A stretch of DNA of 64,000 nucleotides from Eledone cirrhosa (Eukaryota): contig OZ024743.1 in assembly GCA_964016885.1 (NCBI GenBank), forward strand, positions 343,728,001 to 343,792,000, given 5' to 3'. The notes below the pieces were generated by a model. The model was given only the letters and a program-made list of their open reading frames with translations. It searched no databases and was not told where the DNA came from. Shown here one piece after another: positions 59,555-64,000 of this stretch. Both the position numbers and the translations under genes were made by a program. How positions within the stretch are numbered: position 1 is the first letter of the stretch; each line of letters starts with the position of its first letter.

Positions 59555-62500
59555 GGCGGTGGTAGTGGTGGTGTTAATGTAGTAGTGGGGCTATGTTGGT
59601 TATGATGGTTGTGATGGTAGTGATGGTTGTGTTGGTAGTAGTGGTTGTGGTGGTGTTAATGTAGTAGTGTAGCTATGTTGGTTATGATGGTTGTGATGGT
59701 GGTGGTGGTGGTTGTGGTGGTTGTGGTGGTAGTGGTGGTGTTAATGTAGTAGTGTGGCTATGTTGGTTATGATGGTTGTGATGGTTGTGATGGTAGTGAT
59801 GGTGGTGATGGTTGTGGTGGTAGTGGTGGTGTTAATGTAGTAGTGTGGCTATGTTGGTTATGATGGTTGTGATGGTTGTGATGGTAGTGATGGTTGTGGT
59901 GGTAGTGGTGGTAGTGGTGGTGTTAATGTAGTAGTGGAGCTATGTTGATTATGATGGTTATGATGGTTGTGATGGTAGTGATGGTTGTGGTGGTAGTGGT
60001 GGTAGTGGTGGTGTTAATGTAGTAGTGGAGCTATGTTGGTTATGATGGTTGTGATGGTTGTGATGGTAGTGATGGTTGTGGTGGTTCTGGTGGTAGTGGT
60101 GGTGTTAATGTAGTAGTGTGGCTATGTTGGTTATGATGGTTTTGATGGTTGTGATGGTAGTGGTGGTTCTGGTGGTAGTGGTGGTGTTAATGTAGTAGTG
60201 AGGCTATGTTGGTTATGATGGTTTTGATGGTTGTGATGGTTGTGATGGTAGTGATGGTTCTGGTGGTAGTGGTGGTGTTAATGTAGTAGTGTGGCTATGT
60301 TGGTTATGATGGTTTTGATGGTTGTGATGGTAGTGGTGGTTCTGGTGGTAGTGGTGGTGTTAATGTAGTAGTGTGGCTATGTTGGTTATGATGGTTTTGA
60401 TGGTTGTGATGGTAGTGGTGGTTCTGGTGGTAGTGGTGGTGTTAATGTAGTAGTGGAGCTATGTTGGTTATGATGGTTGTGATGGTTGTGATGGTTGTGA
60501 TGGTAGTGATGGTTCTGGTGGTAGTGGTGGTGTTAATGTAGTAGTGTGGGTATGTTGGTTATGATGGTTTTGATGGTTGTGATGGTAGTGATGGTTGTGG
60601 TGGTAGTGGTGGTGTTAATGTAGTAGTGGAGCTATGTTGGTTATGATGGTTGTGATGGTTGTGATGGTAGTGATGGTTGTGGTGGTAGTGGTGGTGTTAA
60701 TGTAGTAGTGAGGCTATGTTGGTTATGATGGTTTTGATGGTTGTGATGGTTGTGATGGTTGTGATGGTAGTGATGGTTCTGGTGGTAGTGGTGGTGTTAA
60801 TGTAGTAGTGTGGCTATGTTGGTTATGATGGTTGTGATGGTTGTGATGGTAGTGATGGTTGTGGTGGTAGTGGTGGTGTTAATGTAGTAGTGGAGCTATG
60901 TTGATTATGATGGTTATGATGGTTGTGATGGTTGTGATGGTAGTGATGGTAGTGATGGTTGTGGTGGTAGTGGTGGTAGTGGTGGTGTTAATGTAGTAGT
61001 GGAGCTATGTTGGTTATGATGGTTGTGATGGTTGTGATGGTTGTGGTGGTAGTGGTGGTGTTAATGTAGTAGTGGAGCTATGTTGGTTATGATGGTTGTG
61101 ATGGTTGTGATGGTAGTGATGGTTGTGGTGGTAGTGGTGGTGTTAATGTAGTAGTGGAGCTATGTTGGTTATGATGGTTGTGATGGTTGTGATGGTAGTG
61201 ATGGTTGTGGTGGTAGTGGTGGTGTTAATGTAGTAGTGGAGCTATGTTGGTTATGATGGTTGTGATGGTTGTGATGGTAGTGATGGTTGTGGTGGTAGTG
61301 GTGGTGTTAATGTAGTAGTGGAGCTATGTTGGTTATGATGGTTGTGATGGTTGTGATGGTAGTGATGGTTGTGGTGGTAGTGGTGGTGTTAATGTAGTAG
61401 TGGGGCTATGTTGGTTATGATGGTTGCGATGGTGGTGATGGTTGTGATGGTTGTGGTGGTAGTGGCGGTGTTAATTTAGTAGTGGAGCTATGTTGGTTAT
61501 GATGGTTGTGATGGTTGTGATGGTAGTGATGGTTGTGGTGGTAGTGGTGGTGTTAATGTAGTAGTGGAGCTATGTTGGTTATGATGGTTGTGATGGTTGT
61601 GATGGTAGTGATGGTTGTGGTGGTAGTGGTGGTGTTAATGGAGTAGAGGGGCTATGTTGGTTATGATGGTTGTGATGGTTGTGATGGTAGTGATGGTTGT
61701 GGTGGTAGTGGTGGTGTTAATGTAGTAGTGGGGCTATGTTGGTTATGATGGTTGCGATGGTGGTGATGGTAGTGATGGTTGTGGTGGTAGTGGTGGTGTT
61801 AATGTAGTAGTGGAGCTATGTTGGTTATGATGGTTGTGATGGTTGTGATGGTAGTGATGGTTGTGGTGGTAGTGGTGGTGTTAATGTAGTAGTGGGGCTA
61901 GGTTGGTTATGATGGTTGCGATGGTTGTGATGGTAGTGATGGTTGTGGTGGGAGTGGTGGTGTTAATGTAGTAGTGGGGCTATGTTGGTTATGATGGTTG
62001 TGATGGTGGTGATGGTTGTGGTGGGAGTGGTGGTGTTAATGTAGTAGTGGAGCTATGTTGGTTATGATGGTTATGATGGTTGTGATGGTTGTGATGGTAG
62101 TGATGGTAGAGATGGTTGTGGTGGTAGTGGTGGTGTTAATGTAGTAGAGGGGCTATGTTGGTTATGATGGTTGTGATGGTTGTGATGGTAGTGATGGTTG
62201 TGGTGGTAGTGGTGGTGTTAATGTAGTAGAGGGTCTATGTTGGTTATGATGGTTGTGATGGTTGTGATGGTAGTGATGGTTGTGGTGGTAGTGGTGGTGT
62301 TAATGTAGTAGTAGGCTATGTTGGTTATGATGGTTGCGATGGTGGTGATGGTAGTGATGGTTGTGGTGGTAGTGGTGGTGTTAATGTAGTAGTGGGGCTA
62401 TGTTGGTTATGATGGTTGTGATGGTTGTGATGGTAGTGATGGTTGTGGTGGGAGTGGTGGTGTTAATGTAGTAGTGGGGCTATGTTGGTTATGATGGTTG

Positions 62501-64000
62501 TGATGGTAGTGATGGTAGTCATGGTTGTGGTGGTAGTGGTGGTAGTGGTGGTAGTGGTGGTGTTAATGTAGTAGTGGGGCTATGTTGGTTATGATGGTTG
62601 TGATGGTAGTGGTGGTTGTGGTGGTAGTGGTGGTAGTGGTGGTAGTGGTGGTGTTAATGTAGTAGTGGAGATATGTTGGTTATGATGGTTATGATGGTTG
62701 TGATGGTTGTGATGGTAGTGATGGTTGTGGTGGTAGTGGTGGTTGTGGTGGTAGTGGTGGTATTAATGTAGTAGTGGAGCTATGTTGGTTATGATGGTTG
62801 TGGTGGTAGTCGGGGTAGTGGTTGTATTAATGTAGTAGTGGGGCTATGTTGGTTATGATGGTTGTGATGGTTGTGTGGTAGTGGTGGTAGTGGTGGTGTT
62901 AATGCAGTAGTGGAGCTATGTTGGTTATGATGGTTGTGATGGTGGTGATGGTTGTGGTGGTAGTGGTGGTGTTAATATAGTAGTGGAGCTATGTTGGTTA
63001 TGATGGTTATGATGGTTGTGATGGTGGTTGTGGTAGTAGTGGTTGTGGTGGTAGTGGTGGTGTTAATGAAGTAGTGGAGCTATGTTGGTTATGATGGTTG
63101 TGATGGTGGTGATGGTTGTGGTGGTAGTGGTGGTGTTAATGTAGTAGTGGAGCTATGTTGGTTATGATGGTTGTGATGGTTGTGATGGTTGTGATGGTAG
63201 TGATGGTTGTGGTGGTTGTGGTGGTAGTGGTGGTGTTAATGTAGTAGTGGAGCTATGTTGGTTATGATGGTTGTGATGGTAGTGATGGTAGTGATGGTTG
63301 TGGTGGTAGTGGTGGTGTTAATGTAGTAGTGGAGCTATGTTGGTTATGATGGTTGTGATGGTTGTGATGGTTGTGATGGTAGTGGTGGTAGTGGTGGTAG
63401 TGGTGGTGTTAATGTAGTAGTGGAGCTATGTTGGTTATGATGGTTATGATGGTTGTGATGGTAGTGATGGGTGTGATGGTTGTGATGGTTGTGGTGGTAG
63501 TGGTGGTGTTAATGTAGTAGTGTGGCTATGTTGGTTATGTTGGTTGTGTTGGTTGTGATGGTAGTGATGGTTGTGGTGGTAGTGGTGGTTGTGTTGGTAG
63601 TAGTGGTGGTGGTGGTTGTGTTGGTAGTGGTGGTTCTGGTGGTAGTGATGGTGTTAATGTAGTTGTGGGGCTATGTTGGTTATGATGGTTGTGATGGTAG
63701 TGGTGGTAGTGTTGGTAGTGGTGGTTGTGTTGGTAGTGGTCGTTGTGTTGGTAGTGGTGGTTGTGTTGATAGTGGTGGTTGTGTTGATAGTGGTGGTTGT
63801 GATGGTAGTAGTCGTTGTGATGGTAGTAGTGGTTGTGATGGTAGTATTGGTTGTGTTGGTAGTGCTGGTTGTGTTGGTAGTAGTGGTTGTGATGGTAGTA
63901 GTGGTTGTGATGGTAGTAGTGGTTGTGTTGGTAGTGGTGTTTGTGTTGGTAGCGGTGGTTGTGTTGGTAGTCGTGGTTGTGTTGATAGTAGTGTTTGTGT
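59555..64000. repeat. G/T-rich minisatellite, modal unit about 82 bp varying in 9-bp steps, running to the window end
   Basis: gttaatgtagtagtggagctatgttggttatgatggttgt at 61142 and 61224. Confidence 0.93.

Noticed and set aside
59555-63700. CRISPR-like array (constant core with variable spacing)
   Set aside because: The intervening sequence is repeated 9-bp modules, not unique spacers; eukaryotic context and no cas genes

Overview
AT-rich, microsatellite-dense, apparently gene-free animal genomic DNA. The SINE families and repeat landscape point to a cephalopod (Octopus-like), but that is inference. I found no credible host protein-coding exon; almost all listed ORFs are microsatellite translations. 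The recognisable coding remnants are all transposon-derived: two Penelope-like elements of Naiad type (one with RT plus GIY-YIG), two Tx1/L1 3' fragments, an R4/Dong RT-REL fragment, a Hero/NeSL-like RT fragment and an internally deleted DD37D (maT) transposon. There are also a solo LTR, MITEs, many tRNA-derived SINEs and long G/T-rich satellites. The main signal is roughly 25 complete or near-complete type I hammerhead-ribozyme motifs, plus several half motifs, between about 2.4 and 50 kb. They lie in about ten or more distinct short non-coding element families, mostly embedded in (TA)n tracts. These families occur as partial head-to-tail tandems and fold-back palindromes, and some share the 3' architecture of the autonomous Naiad element. 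This looks like a Penelope-driven, ribozyme-bearing (retrozyme-like) mobile system. All motifs were found by eye and none has been tested computationally or experimentally.
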